Shown here piece by piece: positions 13,935-28,178 of a DNA stretch of 64,000 bases. Source of the DNA: Eledone cirrhosa (Eukaryota); assembly GCA_964016885.1 (NCBI GenBank), contig CAXHJY010000517.1, forward strand, positions 145,563 to 209,562, in the 5' to 3' direction. The notes under the pieces are model-generated. The model saw only the letters and a list, made by a program, of their open reading frames with translations. It did no database searches and was not told the origin of the DNA. A program made the position numbers and the translations under genes. How positions within the stretch are numbered: position 1 is the stretch's first letter; each line of letters starts with the position of its first letter.

Positions 13935-16900
13935 TCAACCAGCCAAGTAGCCAAACAGCCAAGTAACCAACCAGCCAAGTAGCTAGTCAGCCAGGTAGTC
14001 AGCCAGCCAAGTAGCCAGCCAGCTAAGTAGCCAGCCAGCCAAGTAGCCAGCCAGCCAGCCAAATAGCCAGCCAGCCGAGTAGCAAACCAGCCAAGTAGCC
14101 AACCAACCAAATAGCCAACCGGCCAAGTAGTTAACTAGCCAAGCAGCCAACCAGCAAAGTAGCCATCCAGCTAAGTAGCAAACCAGCCAAGTAGCCAGCC
14201 GGCCAAGTAGCCAACCAGCCAAGTAGCAAACCAACCAAGTAGCAAACAAGCCAAGTATCCAGCCAAACATGTAGCCAGCCAGTCAAGTAGTCAACAAGAC
14301 AAGTAGTCAACCAGCTAAGTAGCCAAACAGCCAAACAGCCAAGTAACCAAGTAGCCAACCAGCCAACAAGCCAACCGGCCAAGTAGCCAAAGAGCCAACC
14401 AGCCAAGTAGCCAGGCAGCTAAATGGCCAACCAGCTGACAAGTCAACCAGCCAAGTAGCCAACCAGCCAACAAGCCAACCAACCAGCAAAGTAGCCAGCC
14501 AGCCAAGTTTCCAGCCAACCATGTAGCCAGCTAGTCAAGTAGTCAACCAGCTAAGTAGCCAAACAGCTAAACAGCCAAGTAACCAACCAGCCAAGTAGCC
14601 AACCAGTCAAATAGCCAACCAACAAGCCAACCAGCCAAGTAGCCAAAGAGCCAACCAGCCAAGTAGCCTGCCAACTAAATAGCCAACCAGTCGACAAGCC
14701 AACCAACCAAGTAGCCAACCAGCCAACAATCCAACCAGCCAAGTAGTCAACCAGACAAGTAGCTAACCAGCCAAAGAGCCAACCAGCCAAGTAGCCAACC
14801 AGCTAACAATCCAACCAGCCAAGTAGTCAACCAGGCAAGTAGCCAACAAGCCAACCAGCCAAGTAGCCAGACGGCCAAGTAGCCAACCAACCAAGTAGCA
14901 ATCCATCCAAGTATCCAGCCAACCATGTAGCCAGCCAGTCAATTAGTCAACAAGATAAGTAGCAACCAGCTAAGTAGCCAAACAGCCAAACAGCCAAGTA
15001 ACCAACCAGCCAAGTAGCCAGCCAGCCAAGTAGCCAACCATCCAACAGGCCAACCAGCCAAGTAGCCAAAGAGCCAGCCAGCCAAGTAGCCAGCCAGCTA
15101 AATAGCCAACCAGTCGACAAGCCAACCAGCCAAGTAACCTACCAGCTAACAAGCCAACCAGTCAAGTAGTCAACCAGGCAAGTAACGAACCAGCCAACGA
15201 GCCAACCAGCCAAGTAGCCAGCTAGCCAAGTAGCCAGCCAACCATGCAGCCAGCCAAGTAGTAAACAAGACAAGTAGTCAACCAGCGAAGTAGCCAGCCA
15301 GCCAAGTAGCCAACCAGCCAAAAAAGCCAACCAGCCAAGTAGCTAAAGAGCCAACCGGCCAGCCAGCCAAGTAGCCAGCCAGCTAAATAGCCAAATAGCC
15401 GACAAGCCAACCAACCAAGTAGCCAACAAGCCAACCAGCCAAGTAGCCAACCAGCCAAGTAGCAAACCAGCCAAGTATCCAGCCAACCATGTAGCCAGCC
15501 AGTCAAGTAGTCAACAAGATAAGTAGTCAACTAGCTAAGTAGCCAACCAGCCAAGTAGCCAAAGAGCCAACCAGCCAAGTAGCCTGCCAACTAAATAGCC
15601 AACCAGTCGACAAGCCAACCAACCAAGTAGCCAACCAGCCAACAATCCAACCAGCCAAGTAGTCAACCAGGCAAGTAGCTAACCAGCCAAAGAGCCAACC
15701 AGCCAAGTAGCCAACCAGCTAACAATCCAACCAGCCAAGTAGTCAACCAGGCAAGTAGCCAACAAGCCAACCAGCCAAGTAGCCAACAAGCCAACCAGCC
15801 AAGTAGCCAGACGGCCAAGTAGCCAACCAACCAAGTAGCAATCCAGCCAAGTATCCAGCCAACCATGTAGCCAGCCAGTCAATTAGTCAACAAGATAAGT
15901 AGCAACCAGCTAAGTAGCCAAACAGCCAAACAGCCAAGTAACCAACCAGCCAAGTAGCCAGCCAGCCAAGTAGCCAACCATCCAACAGGCCAACCAGCCA
16001 AGTAGCCAAAGAGCCAGCCAGCCAAGTAGCCAGCCAGCTAAATAGCCAACCAGTCGACAAGCCAACCAGCCAAGAAGCCAACCAGCCAACAAGCCAACCA
16101 GTCAAGTAGTCAACCAGGCAAGTAACGAACCAGCCAACGAGCCGACCAGCCAAGTAGCCAGCTAGCCAAGTATCCAGCCAACCATGCAGCCAGCCAAGTA
16201 GTAAACAAGACAAGTAGTCAACCAGCGAAGTAGCCAGCCAGCCAAGTAGCCAACCAGCCAAAAAAGCCAACCAGCCAAGTAGCTAAAGAGCCAACCGGCC
16301 AGCCAGCCAAGTAGCCAGCCAGCCAAGTAGCCAGCCAGCTAAATAGCCAAATAGCCGACCAGCCAAGTAGCCAACAAGCCAACCAGCCAAGTAGCCAACC
16401 AGCCAAGTAGCAAACCAGCCAAGTATCCAGCCAACCATGTAGCCAGCCAGTCAAGTAGTCAACAAGATAAGTAGTCAACTAGCTAAGTAGCCAAACAGCC
16501 AAGTAACCAACCATCCAAGTAGCCAGCCAGCCAAGTATCCAACCAGCCAACAAGCCAACCAGCCAAGTAGCCAAAGGGCGAACCAGTCAACCAGCCAAGT
16601 AGCCAGCCAGCTAAATAGCCAACCAGTCGACAAGCCAACCAGCCAAGTAGCCAACGAGCCAAAGAGCCAACCAGCCAAGTAGCCAGCCAGCCAAGTATCC
16701 AGCCAGCCATGTAGCCAGCCAGTCAAGTAGTCAGAAAGACAAGTAGTCAACCAGCGAAGTAGCCAGCCAGCCAAGTAGCCAACCAGCCAAAAAAGCCAAC
16801 CAACCAAGTAGCCAAAGAGCCAACAGCCAAGTAGCCAGCCAGCTAAATAGCCAACCAGCCGACAAGCCAACCAGCCAAGTAGCCAACAAGCCAACAAGCC

Positions 16901-17250
16901 AAGTAGTCAACCAGGCAAGTAGCCAACCAGCCAAAGAGCCAACCAAGTGGCCAGCCAGCTAAGTAGCCAGCCAGCCAAGTATCCAGGCAGCCAAGTAGCC
17001 CTCCGAGTAGCTAACCAGACAAGTAGCCAACCAGCCAAGTAGCCAGTCAGTCAAATAGCTAGAGAGCCAAGAAGCCAACCAGCCGAGTAGTCAGCTAGCC
17101 AAGTAGACAACCAGCCAAGTAAACAACCAGCAAAGTAGCCAACCAGCCAAGTAGATAGCCAACCAAGTAGCCACTATGCCAAATAGCTAACCAGCCAAGT
17201 ACCCAACAAGCCAAGTAGCCTACGAGCCAACGAAGAAGCTGGCTAACCAA
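13935..17250. repeat. Satellite built from (CCAG/CCAA)n-GTAG units (core ccagccaagtag) with higher-order duplication
   Basis: About 3.3 kb array; diagnostic variants recur about 0.92-0.95 kb apart. Confidence 0.95.
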
Positions 17251-17569
17251 CGACTTAGCTTCAATCCAAACAAGGCTTACAGACAGTAATAGCAGCATAG
17301 TACCAGCTCAGTGTTGGCCGATCTTGCTAATCTAACAAAGTTATAATCTCCATTTTTTGTTCATTAGTCGATCCCTTCAGCTGTACCTACAGAAAATTGA
17401 TATTTGATCCTTAAATACATTTCACAACATTTTTAGAAGTTGCTAGACGTTCTCTGCACTTTATTTATTTAGATTTCAGCGCCATATTTAATGCTATGTC
17501 GGAGACGGTAAATGGATTCACTATTTCTGCTTTAATCTTTATTTTGCATGCGTAAGAGCATGTAAGCCG

Positions 17570-18465
17570 TACACCTATATACATACCTACTTACATACAT
17601 ACCTTCATATATATATATATACATGTATGCATACATATCTACCTACCTAAATACATACATACCTACATACATATATACCTAACTACATACATATATACAT
17701 GCATTCATACATACCTACTTACCTAAACACATACATACATACAAACAAAAAAATTAGTGAAATTATAAAACCAGAAGAACATACATATATACATACGTAC
17801 GTACATACATACATATAGACATATATACATACATATACCTACCTGCACATGTATACCCACATGCACACATATATATTATGCATATAAACATGTATATATA
17901 TATATACGAATAGATGTATATATACATATTTATATATATATATATGTATATATATATATGTATATATATATATGTATATATATGTATATATATATATATA
18001 TATATTTACATTTTATATGTACGTATATATATAAAAACATATATTAACACACGATTACATATTCTAATGTAAGAGTGTGAAAAAACATAAAACTGCAAAT
18101 ATAACAATGAGATGAAGTGAAGATAAATTACACATACAGATATCTAGATACACACACACATACACACACATACATAAACACACATACATACCCACACACA
18201 CACATACGCACACACACACATACGCACAACAACAACAAAACATACAAATATATAGAGATAAACGCACACATGCAGACACAGACACACGTATAGAGTTAGA
18301 CGCCCACATATATACAAATATATATTCACACACATGTATATACGATATATACACACATAAATACTGATACACACACTTTACACATATCGGTCATGGAACA
18401 CACTGAACTAAATATCAGAATACGAAAAAAATTGCGGATAAAGATAATGTAGTGGTGAAATACAG

Positions 18466-18524
<59 letters not shown>

Positions 18525-18525
18525 C

Positions 18526-18601
<76 letters not shown>

Positions 18602-18623
18602 TGTGTAGTGGAGAGATACAGTG

Positions 18624-18660
<37 letters not shown>

Positions 18661-18755
18661 GAGAGAAAGAGAGAGAAAGAGAGAGAAAGAGAAAGAGAAA
18701 GTGAAAGAAAGAGAGAAAAAGAAAGAAAATGAGAGAAATAAGAGCGAGCGAGAGC

Positions 18756-18822
<67 letters not shown>

Positions 18823-18860
18823 CGAAAGAAAGGGAGAGAGAGAGAGAGAGGGGAGGGGGG
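17570..18860. repeat. Compound microsatellite region (TACA, TA, CA, GA)
   Basis: Direct inspection. Confidence 0.9.
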
Positions 18861-19269
18861 ACAATGTAGTGTAGAAAGTCATTAGTAGAGAACTAGTAGA
18901 GATGGTTCATTGTTTGACTTGTTAAGAATCTCAAGGCACACATCAATATGTCACTTTTTTTTTTTAATAGAATGTCGAGATAGTTTAGTCCCCATCGATA
19001 TTTCCACAAATTTCTTCTACAGTTTCTGACATTTTGCTTGTTATTAGTTGCCCTGAAAGCTCATTATTTTGAACCGAAACTCGACAGCCATTGAAAAGCC
19101 CCTGATACTACAAAATTTCCGACATAACCACGACGAAACATTTCTATCGTTTCGAAGATTTGCCGAGCTTCATGCAGAATTTCGTACAAGCATATTGCTT
19201 GAATTCATCAGCTATCGTTGTTCTGACAAAATATTACAAAACTATTACACATGTAATAATTGTGAAGAC

Positions 19270-19385
19270 GGGTGGTTAGAGAATTAGATTCGTAATCGTG
19301 AGGTTGCGAGTTCGCTTCCCGGGCCGGGTGAGGCGTTATGTCTTTGAGCAAGACACTTTATTTCACCTTGCTTTTTCTGTCTGGA
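19270..19385 (+). mobile_element. tRNA-derived SINE 5' fragment (family B-related)
   Basis: gtggttaga A-box-like, gagttcgcttccc B-box-like, then tgtctttgagcaagacacttta. Confidence 0.6.
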
Positions 19386-19684
19386 GCTGCAACCAGTAGA
19401 TGGTTCCAGCAATGGAGAGACTAATGGAAACATTGTTTCCTTGGTCCAATTTCACGAGTTCCACTCCACTCGGTAAGAGAATAAGGTCTGGGATCTTGTC
19501 GTAGGCATGTATATACACATGTATATATATATATATATAACCTATATATATAAAACAGAAGATGTCTGTCTGTCTGTCTGTGTAACCGCATGCATTTCTA
19601 CATTTTACAACCGATTGGCACCAAATTTCATACATAGGTTTCTGAAGTCCTATTACGCGTCGTAGGCTACTGCGTACATCGATT

Positions 19685-20600
19685 GTTGGGCCCCCATGGG
19701 CAGATAATCCCCTTAAGCCTCTCGCTTGGAGTCAGCAGTACTACTGCATAAAGGCCCCATAATTCCTGCAGTTTGCCTCCCATCTTCACCAAAATTAATC
19801 TTTTGTTTGCTTATGGCCTACAAATAAATTTGCAGACATGCACTTGCGCAGAAATTCAAGTAGGGGACCCCTTGGTGGGCAGTAAACCGACTTGATGAAT
19901 GTTGAAGTTGATATCATCAATGCAACAAAACGTCATAACTGCTTGAGTTGGTGTTTGGTTTTCACGAAGCGAGACGTATTGGTTACCCATGGCTTAAAAA
20001 GGAAGGAGAACACATGAACTTTTACTTGAATTTATCAAGGGGACCTCTGGGGAGGGGGGCGGTAAGTCCCTTCGACTTATCTATTGAAGTTCACATTAAC
20101 ACTGTATTAGTACCTGATAACTTTTGAAGTTTACGTTCGATTTTAACTTTACGGGACACATTGGTTACCCATTGCCTAAAGATGATGTTGAAGACACTGT
20201 CTATACCCGGAGCAAGCAAGGGGACCCCAGCGGGCAGTAAGCGAGTCATTTATTGAATTTGGCTATTGTAATGCATGCAGCAAAGCGTCATAGCTTCGAT
20301 AATTGGTAGTCCAATAAAATGAATTTCGACTTAGTCGTTATTCATGTACTACAGATGAGGCATTTTTACTTTCATTTCAATTCAGCAAGAGGACCCCCTC
20401 GGGGACAATGAGCCCAATTCATTAACCTATAAAAATTCAAACTGCTACAATAAAAAAGTACCATAACCTCGGGAGTTTATACTTGATTCTTACAAAAACT
20501 AAACGAAATGGTTATTGCCTGCCATAAGATAAAGTACCACACATTGGTTATCACTTGAATTTTGCAAGGGAACCACCTAGGAAGGGCAGTGAGCCCCTTT
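19685..20600 (+). repeat. Diverged subrepeats (period about 176 bp, about 6 copies) in the Helitron 5' region
   Basis: gggg(a)cccc...gggcagtaa motif at about 19688, 19863, 20039, 20220, 20390, 20567, with ttggttacccat in several units. Confidence 0.65.
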
Positions 20601-21449
20601 GGACCACTTTTAAAGTTCATATTATGGTCGCAGCAAAGCATTTCAACTTCTGGAAATAAAAGTCAATTTAAACGAAAGTTGACGCATCGGTTAGTCATGT
20701 CCTACAAATGGAGTAGCGAATTTTTAAATCCTCCTGACTTAACTTTAGTTTGTTTAGTTAACTTTAGGATGATTGAATTTAATTTTGTACCCGGTTGTCT
20801 CCCCCGTGTAATTGCACCACAATTAAGTGCGGAATGGGGAATTAAATTGTTTTCCTTGACTTTGGCGTCATTTCACAATCCTAACCAAGAAAGCGTGATT
20901 TAACCCAGGTGTAAATTTTAACGCCTACTGTATGTGGATTGTGCTATTTCACACTCATGCCTAAACTGTGCGGATGATTGATTAGTTTTTGCACCCGGTT
21001 GTCTCCCCCGTTTAATTGCACCTCAATTAAGTGCGAAATGGCGACCTCTGGCCAACCACACATCAGTGAGTTGTCTTCAATAGATTTCATCACACGTATT
21101 TGTATTATCTAACCAATCAGACAACTCGAGTGTTGTTCATTGAGCGAAATCACTCCTATTTATATCGGTCAAGTCCGACCTAGGATCACACTTCTTTTTG
21201 GGCTTTTGACAAGTGGTAGGTTTTTTTACATGCGTACTCTCATAAGCTACTCCATTATTCTGAAACGCATGCTTCTTCAACATTTGTCACCTTAAAGGAG
21301 GTTTAGTTAATGTGTCATAAGGTTTCAGTTTATCATGCTGTGATTTTTCGGCCATGTTTGCCTGTATCCTTTCAATGGTTAATACTTCCCTATTGCTATG
21401 TTCGATAATTTTCTAAAAAGAAAAGAACTTTCATTGGTCAATTATCTAA

Positions 21450-24400
21450 TGATGCAAGTAGGTCTAAGCGAAGGCGTCTCACCGAAGATGTAAATGCGAC
21501 TGCGATCAGGCTCTCACAGAATGCTCTGTAGACGGCAGCTGCAAGAGCTGAGGAGGATGACAGTCGGCGTGAACTTCAACGGAATAAAGATGCTGGCGCG
21601 ACTGCTGCTGCTCGCGCTCGAGAGGATGAAGGACGACGCGCCGTTCGACGAAGCAGGAACGCCGCTGCCACTGCTGCTGCACGAAATACTGAAACCATAG
21701 AGCAACGACGTGGCGACTTCTGCAAGGTGAACAGCGGCGATCATCGTTACGTAGCATTTCTAGGACTTGCAATTCACGATGGTTGTTGAAGGCCTTTAAC
21801 TACGACCCCTCCTCCGACTACGCCGTCCATGCAGATATTCAAATTGTGGAAATGACCTCTACTTGCCAGTTTTGTATACGAAAAAGTGACCAGGGGAGAG
21901 AGATGGTATGTGCTGTTCAAACGTTAAAGTTAGACTACCTCCTATTCATGACCCTCCAGAGACATTGCAACTCCTTTTGACAGACACGACGGAGGAATCA
22001 TCGAAGTTTCTGCGTAATATCCGCCGCTACAATTCCGCGTTTCAGATGACATCCTTCGGAGCAAAGCTTGCCTCGGAACGTGGGTTCATGCCAACTTTCA
22101 AGGTACAGGGGCAGATCTACCACTTGATTGGGTCTATTCAGCCTCTGGCAGAAAAGGATCCTCAATTTCTTCAGTTATACTTCGTTGGAAACTATCAGGA
22201 GCAGGCAGAGATGCGAGACTCTATTTCGTCCCAAACTAACATTGAAACCATAATAAAACTTCAAGAAATGCTTCATGACAAAAACAGCTATGTTCGCAGT
22301 TTCAAGTACGCTTTGGAAACAGCCACCGACCCAAACTTTAGTGTGGTCATACATGCTGACCTAAGGCCATCTGGAGAACACGCTGGTCGGTTCAACGCAC
22401 CAACATGTAATGAGATTGCTGCGGTTATTTGTGGTGAACAGCACAACAAGAGATATATCATTCTAAAGCACCGAGACAGCACATTACAGCGTATCAATGA
22501 GACACAGGTCCTACGATACACTCCAGTGTCCATTGCTATTTGTCAACGGCGAGGACGGATACCATTTCGGCATTCCTCCACATTCAGCAGGCAATGGTGA
22601 GGCACATCTTAGCAAAACTGTCATCTGCATGGATTTCTACGCTTTCCGATTTATGGTAAGGGACAATTCATTCAACCATCTACACCGTTCTTGGGACCTT
22701 TTCCAACAATTTGCTGTTGATATATCCGTTAAAATGGAGTCCGAGAGATTATGGTTCATTAAATTAAATCAAAAGAAACTTCGATCTGAATGCTACATTC
22801 ATCTACGCGATGGAATTAACAACGACGTATCCCCAGACAATTTAGGCCTTCAACGTTCATAGGGGGACCCCAATACATGCACGAGAGGACTCAGGACGCC
22901 ATAACTTACGTACGACATTATGGGCCTTTTCATAACGTTTACATGCAATCCCAAGTGGAAGGAGATTACAAACGAACTGTTCCACGGTCAAGCGCCAAGA
23001 CACAGGCACGATCTCATAGCAAGAGTATTTCGCCTGAAATTATCCAAATTAATGGATTTATTAAAGAAAGGACAGGTTTATGGGCCTGTCAGGTGCGACA
23101 TGTACACGGTTGAATGGCAGAAATGAGGGCTGCCGCATACCCATATCTTGATTTGGTTGGTTACAAAAATCAGTTCAAACTACATTGACAAATTCATTTC
23201 TGCCGAACTACCTGATCCGTCGATTGACAAGGACCTATTCTCTATAGTCACATCAAACATGGTCCATGGTCCTTGCGGACATGGACTCAATATGAAGTCC
23301 CCGTGCATACACGACGGAAAGTGTACAAAACGATATCCCAGGCCGTTTTTACAGGAAACACAGACTGGCGTTGACGGATATCCGTTGTATAGGCGCAGGA
23401 GACCTGAAGACGGTGGGTTCACAGCAAAAGTTGGCGAACGCGAAATGGACAACAGATGGATAGTGCCATATTGCCCCCTCCTTTTGAAAGCGTTCAACGC
23501 CCATATAAACGTCGAATTTTGTAACTCAGTAAAATCAATTAAATACGTTTGTAAGTACGTAAACAAGGGATCGGATGCTGCCGTCTTTGGTCTTCGTCAT
23601 GAAAACAGTAGAGACGAGGTATCTGATTACCAAGCAGGCCGATACATTAGCAGCAATGAAGCCTTTTGGCGCATTTTTGGCTTCCCACTGCACCAACGAC
23701 ACCCCGCCATTAAACAACTTGCCGTTCACCTTGAAAACGGTCAACGAGTGTATTTCAACAATGCAACAGCTGCTCAGCTAACGATCTCACCAAAGGAAAC
23801 TATACTCACCGCTTTTTTAAACTTTGTCAACACGACGACTTCGCTCGAACTCTGCTGTATTCTGAAATACCGTCTTACTATACATGGAACCGGACAAAAT
23901 GGCTACGAAGGAAGGTATGGCAAGAGGTGGTTGGACATCCAGGCATCAAATTCGACAATTGCTTTGGGCGAGTTTATACGGTCCACCCTACCCAACACGA
24001 ATGCTTCTACCTGTGACTTCTGCTTCATGAGGTAAGAGGGCCGACCAGCTTCACTCATCTGAGAACCGTCGATGGATACGCCTGCGGAACGTACAGGGAA
24101 GCCTGCTTGAGGCGTGGACTTTTAGAAGATGACGCACAATAGGATGCAACCTTGACGGAAGCTGTCATCTCACAATCATCACGTAGTCTAAAGGTACTTT
24201 TTGCAATCCTCTTGCACGTCTGTGAATTGAACGATCCTTACTCTTTATGACAAAAGTTTAAAGATGATTTCGCAGACGAATATAGGCGTCTCACTCAATT
24301 GCAATCTCCAAACTTAGATGTCAGCTTTTCAGACGCTATATATAACAGAGCTCTGATCGATATTGAAGACAGAGTGGCTTCAATGGGCGGAGATGTCTTG

Positions 24401-26039
24401 GAGAAATATGGGCTTCCGCAAACACTTCGAGATGCGCCATCTGACATTCCCAACGACATTATACGTGAAACGCGGGATTTGAACTGAGGTTAACTTTGAT
24501 GAAAGGCAAAGTTAACCTCAGTTCAAATCCCGCCGAGGTTAACTTTGCCTTTCATCCTTACGGGGTCGATAAAATAAAGTACCAGTAATGCACTGGGTAA
24601 TTGCTGGCCTTGTGCCAAAAGTAGAAACAATTATACGTGAAACGCCATATGATGTCAACGAACTCAAAAGGTATGTTGAAGAAAATGAACCAAAACTTCT
24701 AATGGATCAAAAACAAGCCTGCAACATTGTCGTTGATTCTATCCGTAATCGGGGAGGGGGTATATTCTTCCTGGACGCACCTGGAGGCACGGGCAAAATA
24801 TTTGTAATCAAACTTTTACTCGCTGCAGTGAGGCAACACGGAAACATCGCATTGGCCGTGGCTTCTTCCGGCATTGGCAGGTGCTGGTGGCAGGACGGCC
24901 CATTCTTCCTTTAGTCTTCCTCTCAACGTGGCATCATCTGAGACACCCACGTGCAACATCAGCAAGTCCCCCGGAAAATGACTGGTGTTAAAGCGCTGCC
25001 TACTAATTGTTTGGGACGAATGCACAATGGCCCACAATGCGGCTTTAGAGGCATTAGATCGGTCACTCATGGACTGTCAAGAACCAATGGGAGGTGTCAC
25101 TTTCCTGTTATCTGGGGACTTCCGACAGACTCTGCCTGTAATCCCAAAAGGTACGCGGGCTGATGAGGTTGGTGCATGCCTGAAGGCCTCCCCACTTTGG
25201 CGTTATGTTAGAAAGCTGACGCTTACAACAAACATGAGAACACAACTGCAAGGTGATGAGACATCCGCGGGTTTTGCTGCTGCCATTTTGTCGTTGGGAG
25301 ATGGCAAAGTCCCACGGAGATGGTGCAGTGGAACCTCACAGGGATTTGCAGATGCGTTAAGTCAATTGTTGAGTTACGGACGTCTGTTTTTCCTAATCTT
25401 GAGGAGAACTATACAAATCAAGAGTGGCTGTGTGAACGCGCAACATTGGTTTCGAAAAACCACATAGTTGGAAACATCAATGAACAGCTCATTCTGTGCT
25501 TCCCTGAAAACCTGCACGTCTACAAGTCCCTTGACTCTATGGCTGCTCTGGACGAAGTTGTTAATTACCCCACAGAATTTCTTAACTTACTATACCCTCC
25601 CGGATTGCCACCACACTTACTGCAACTTAAGAAAGATGCCCCTGTCATGCTCCTCAGAAATTTGGAACCCCGAAGGCTTTCCAGCGGCACGTGTCTGGTC
25701 GTCCAAAAGGCGATGCTCCATGTTATTGAGGCAACAATACTTACATGATGTGATAAGAGGGATACTGTCTTCATACCAAGGATACCGCTCATTCCATCCG
25801 GTAAAGACATTCCTTTCACATTCAGAAGGCTGCAATTCCCTCTCCGGCTCAGTTTCGCCATGTCGATTAACAAATCCCAGGGTCAGACGCTGACGGTCGT
25901 AGGGCTTAATTTAGAAGAACCGTGCTGCTCCCGTGGTCAACTATATGTTGGCTGCTCTCGAGTGGGGAGCCGACATAACCTATTTGCTTTTACAGCTCAC
26001 GAGAAAACCCAAAATATAGTCTATAAGGAAGTTTTGTAG
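21450..26039 (+). pseudogene. Helitron RepHel (HUH Rep + PIF1-like helicase) with multiple frameshifts and stops
   Basis: YNSAFQMTSFG, FKVQGQIYH, FITFTCNPKW, VEWQK*GLPHTHI (HUH), KYVCKYVNKG, DAPGGTGK, IVWDE, GDFRQ, FAMSINKSQGQT; the start position is uncertain. Confidence 0.93.
24472..24629 (+). mobile_element. 5'-truncated SINE family A inserted in the Helitron ORF, with a fold-back 5' end
   Basis: 16-bp TSD attatacgtgaaacgc at 24458-24473 and 24630-24645. Confidence 0.92.
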
Positions 26040-26821
26040 GCACCCCATTCGCCAACAAATAATCGCTGTTTTATTTTTGTATAAGTGCTTACATTTGCTG
26101 TATCCGTGTGCTTTTTTGTCCTTTTGACAATACCACGTACGCCTCTGAGGCTGCTTTTGCTATACGTTATAAATGTTCAATGTCCCCGTTTTCCGCATTT
26201 ATATGTTGCTAATACGCTTTGCTGTCGATGTTCCGTAGTTTTAACCTAATTAATCTACTTTTCCCTACATCTTATTTACACATTTTTTTGACATTCCAGC
26301 GTGATCTTTCCAAGGCCGCTTTTGTGGTCACCGACTGTTACATGATTTTCTAGGTTACAATCTCAAATAACAAGCAAAGTAAATACGACACACCAAAGTG
26401 GTGTGAAGGACTTCTTAAGGCCCACCACCTCTAATTGTAGTCGTCTTTGCTGACAGCTCTGCCGCTGGGACTTTTAAGAGTGAACGATCCAAAGCCCTCC
26501 TCAGAGCCACCAAGTTTAAATCGTTACCATCAGATTCATCTTTGCTGGCAGCACCGCCTCTAGGATATTTCAAAATGAACGTTAAAAGGTCCTCTTCAGG
26601 GCCACCAACTATAAATTGTTATCGCTGGATTCGTCTTTGCTGGCAGCGCCGCCGCTGAGACTTTTAAGAGTGAACGATCCAAGGCTCTCTTTAGGGCCAC
26701 CAACTTTAAATTGTTACTTCTATAGTCGTATTTAACGGAAGTCTTTCGGTTCATTTGAATGACTACTCCATTGAGAGTTATACCGGGAAACACCGGGTAC
26801 CTCTGGTAGTTATATATATAA

Positions 26822-27390
26822 TAAACCAAAGAAGCAGTTTAAGGATGCCATAATAGACGATCTTAAAACTCTGAAGATTAATATGGAGAACTGTGAGAGA
26901 CTGGCTGAAGGCCGTACATCATGGAGAAAGATCATCAAATATTGATATGATGTCTTGGAGAAAAAGCGAGTGGAACATGCTGTTTTGAAGCGTTCACTTC
27001 GTAAGCGGGATTCAAGTACAGTGCCTGCAAAAATCCAGCAGGAATTGCTGTGCAATGCATAAAGCTGATTTCTTCTAACTAGAGATTTGTTAACCATCTG
27101 AAATCACTCGAGCCGGGGAGAAATCGAGTCAACTGTGAGATACTACCGCCACACACTCCACGGCATATTTGAAGTGAGTATGGCTTAATTTGCAAGTCAG
27201 CAGTTGGACTGGCCAGGCATTGAAACATGCATGAAGAGACACCCCAGCCGCTATTGCCAGGAGATAGAGAATTCAAGTGTGACATCTGTGAACGTACCTG
27301 CAAAACAAAGCGGGTCTGAAAGGTCACCTGCGTGCACATGATCGACCAATGTTCAATGAAGGGATGGCACTCTTCTGACAAGAAGTAGCA
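26822..27390 (+). pseudogene. 3' end of an RTE-clade LINE with C2H2-like zinc fingers
   Basis: Translates to KPKKQFKD..DLKTLKI..ERLAEGRTSWRK and FKCDICERTCKTKAG..GHLRAH-like motifs. Confidence 0.7.
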
Positions 27391-27850
27391 ATCAGCATAT
27401 ATATATATATATATAATGTATACACATTTGTGTGTTCAAACGAGAAAAAGAAGTACTTAATATATGTAATTCCCTGTCACATATCCTAGTTTCCCCCTTA
27501 TTTACACACGACTGCTTGCAACAAACTGTACTCTAGATGGAGTGAGAACCTATGTTAGATCACTTGTTGACAACAAACAGCGTTAACTTTGATCTCTTTG
27601 TTATCAAGATTATGTAGGGATTAACACTTAATCCTCCCCTTTATATATTTAGACAATAGGTTCCCACAAGGTCACTTACAGGGAGAGAAACTGAGAGTAA
27701 AACCGCATATACGAATATGTGTGCATACATGTGTGTGTGAATGTGTGTACATGTGCATGTGAATGTGTGTGTGATGTGTCTGTCTGTATGTGTGTGTGGA
27801 GAGAGCATTAATTTCTTTTTATACATATTAACAAAGCTATTTACCAAAAT

Positions 27851-27891
<41 letters not shown>

Positions 27892-27960
27892 ATTATGTGT
27901 ACATATATATTAATATATATATTAATATATATATTAATATATATATATATATATATATTG

Positions 27961-28121
27961 AATAGAAAACGAAAAATCAGTGATGCATCTGACCTCAATT
28001 TATTGAGTCTTACAATTGTTTCCAGAGATATCCACACAATGACCGCGTCTCGAGCTGTCCGCCGGCGAAACAATTGTAGCACACAATAAATTGATGCATC
28101 ACTGATTTTTCGTTTTCTATT
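27961..28121. repeat. Fold-back (inverted repeat) module next to (TA)n
   Basis: 29-bp perfect arms aatagaaaacgaaaaatcagtgatgcatc and its reverse complement, plus inner imperfect arms. Confidence 0.85.
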
Positions 28122-28178
28122 CTATCATACTCTGCTCAACCGGCATACCGCCCATAGAAGCATCTTAGCTAACATAAG

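Larger units (their letters stand above)
19541..26809 (+). mobile_element. Helitron, apparently full length but decayed
   Basis: 5' (c)CTATATATATAAAACAGAAG, RepHel coding region, 3' imperfect hairpin ccgggaaacaccggg followed by tacctctGGTAG; (TA)n on both sides. Confidence 0.8.

Noticed and set aside
13904-17298. Many Trp/Leu/Gly-rich ORFs resembling membrane proteins
   Set aside because: Translation of the CCAG/CCAA satellite; short ORFs in all minus frames with frequent stops
19270-19330. Possible tRNA gene
   Set aside because: A/B-box-like motifs run into SINE body sequence; no complete cloverleaf seen
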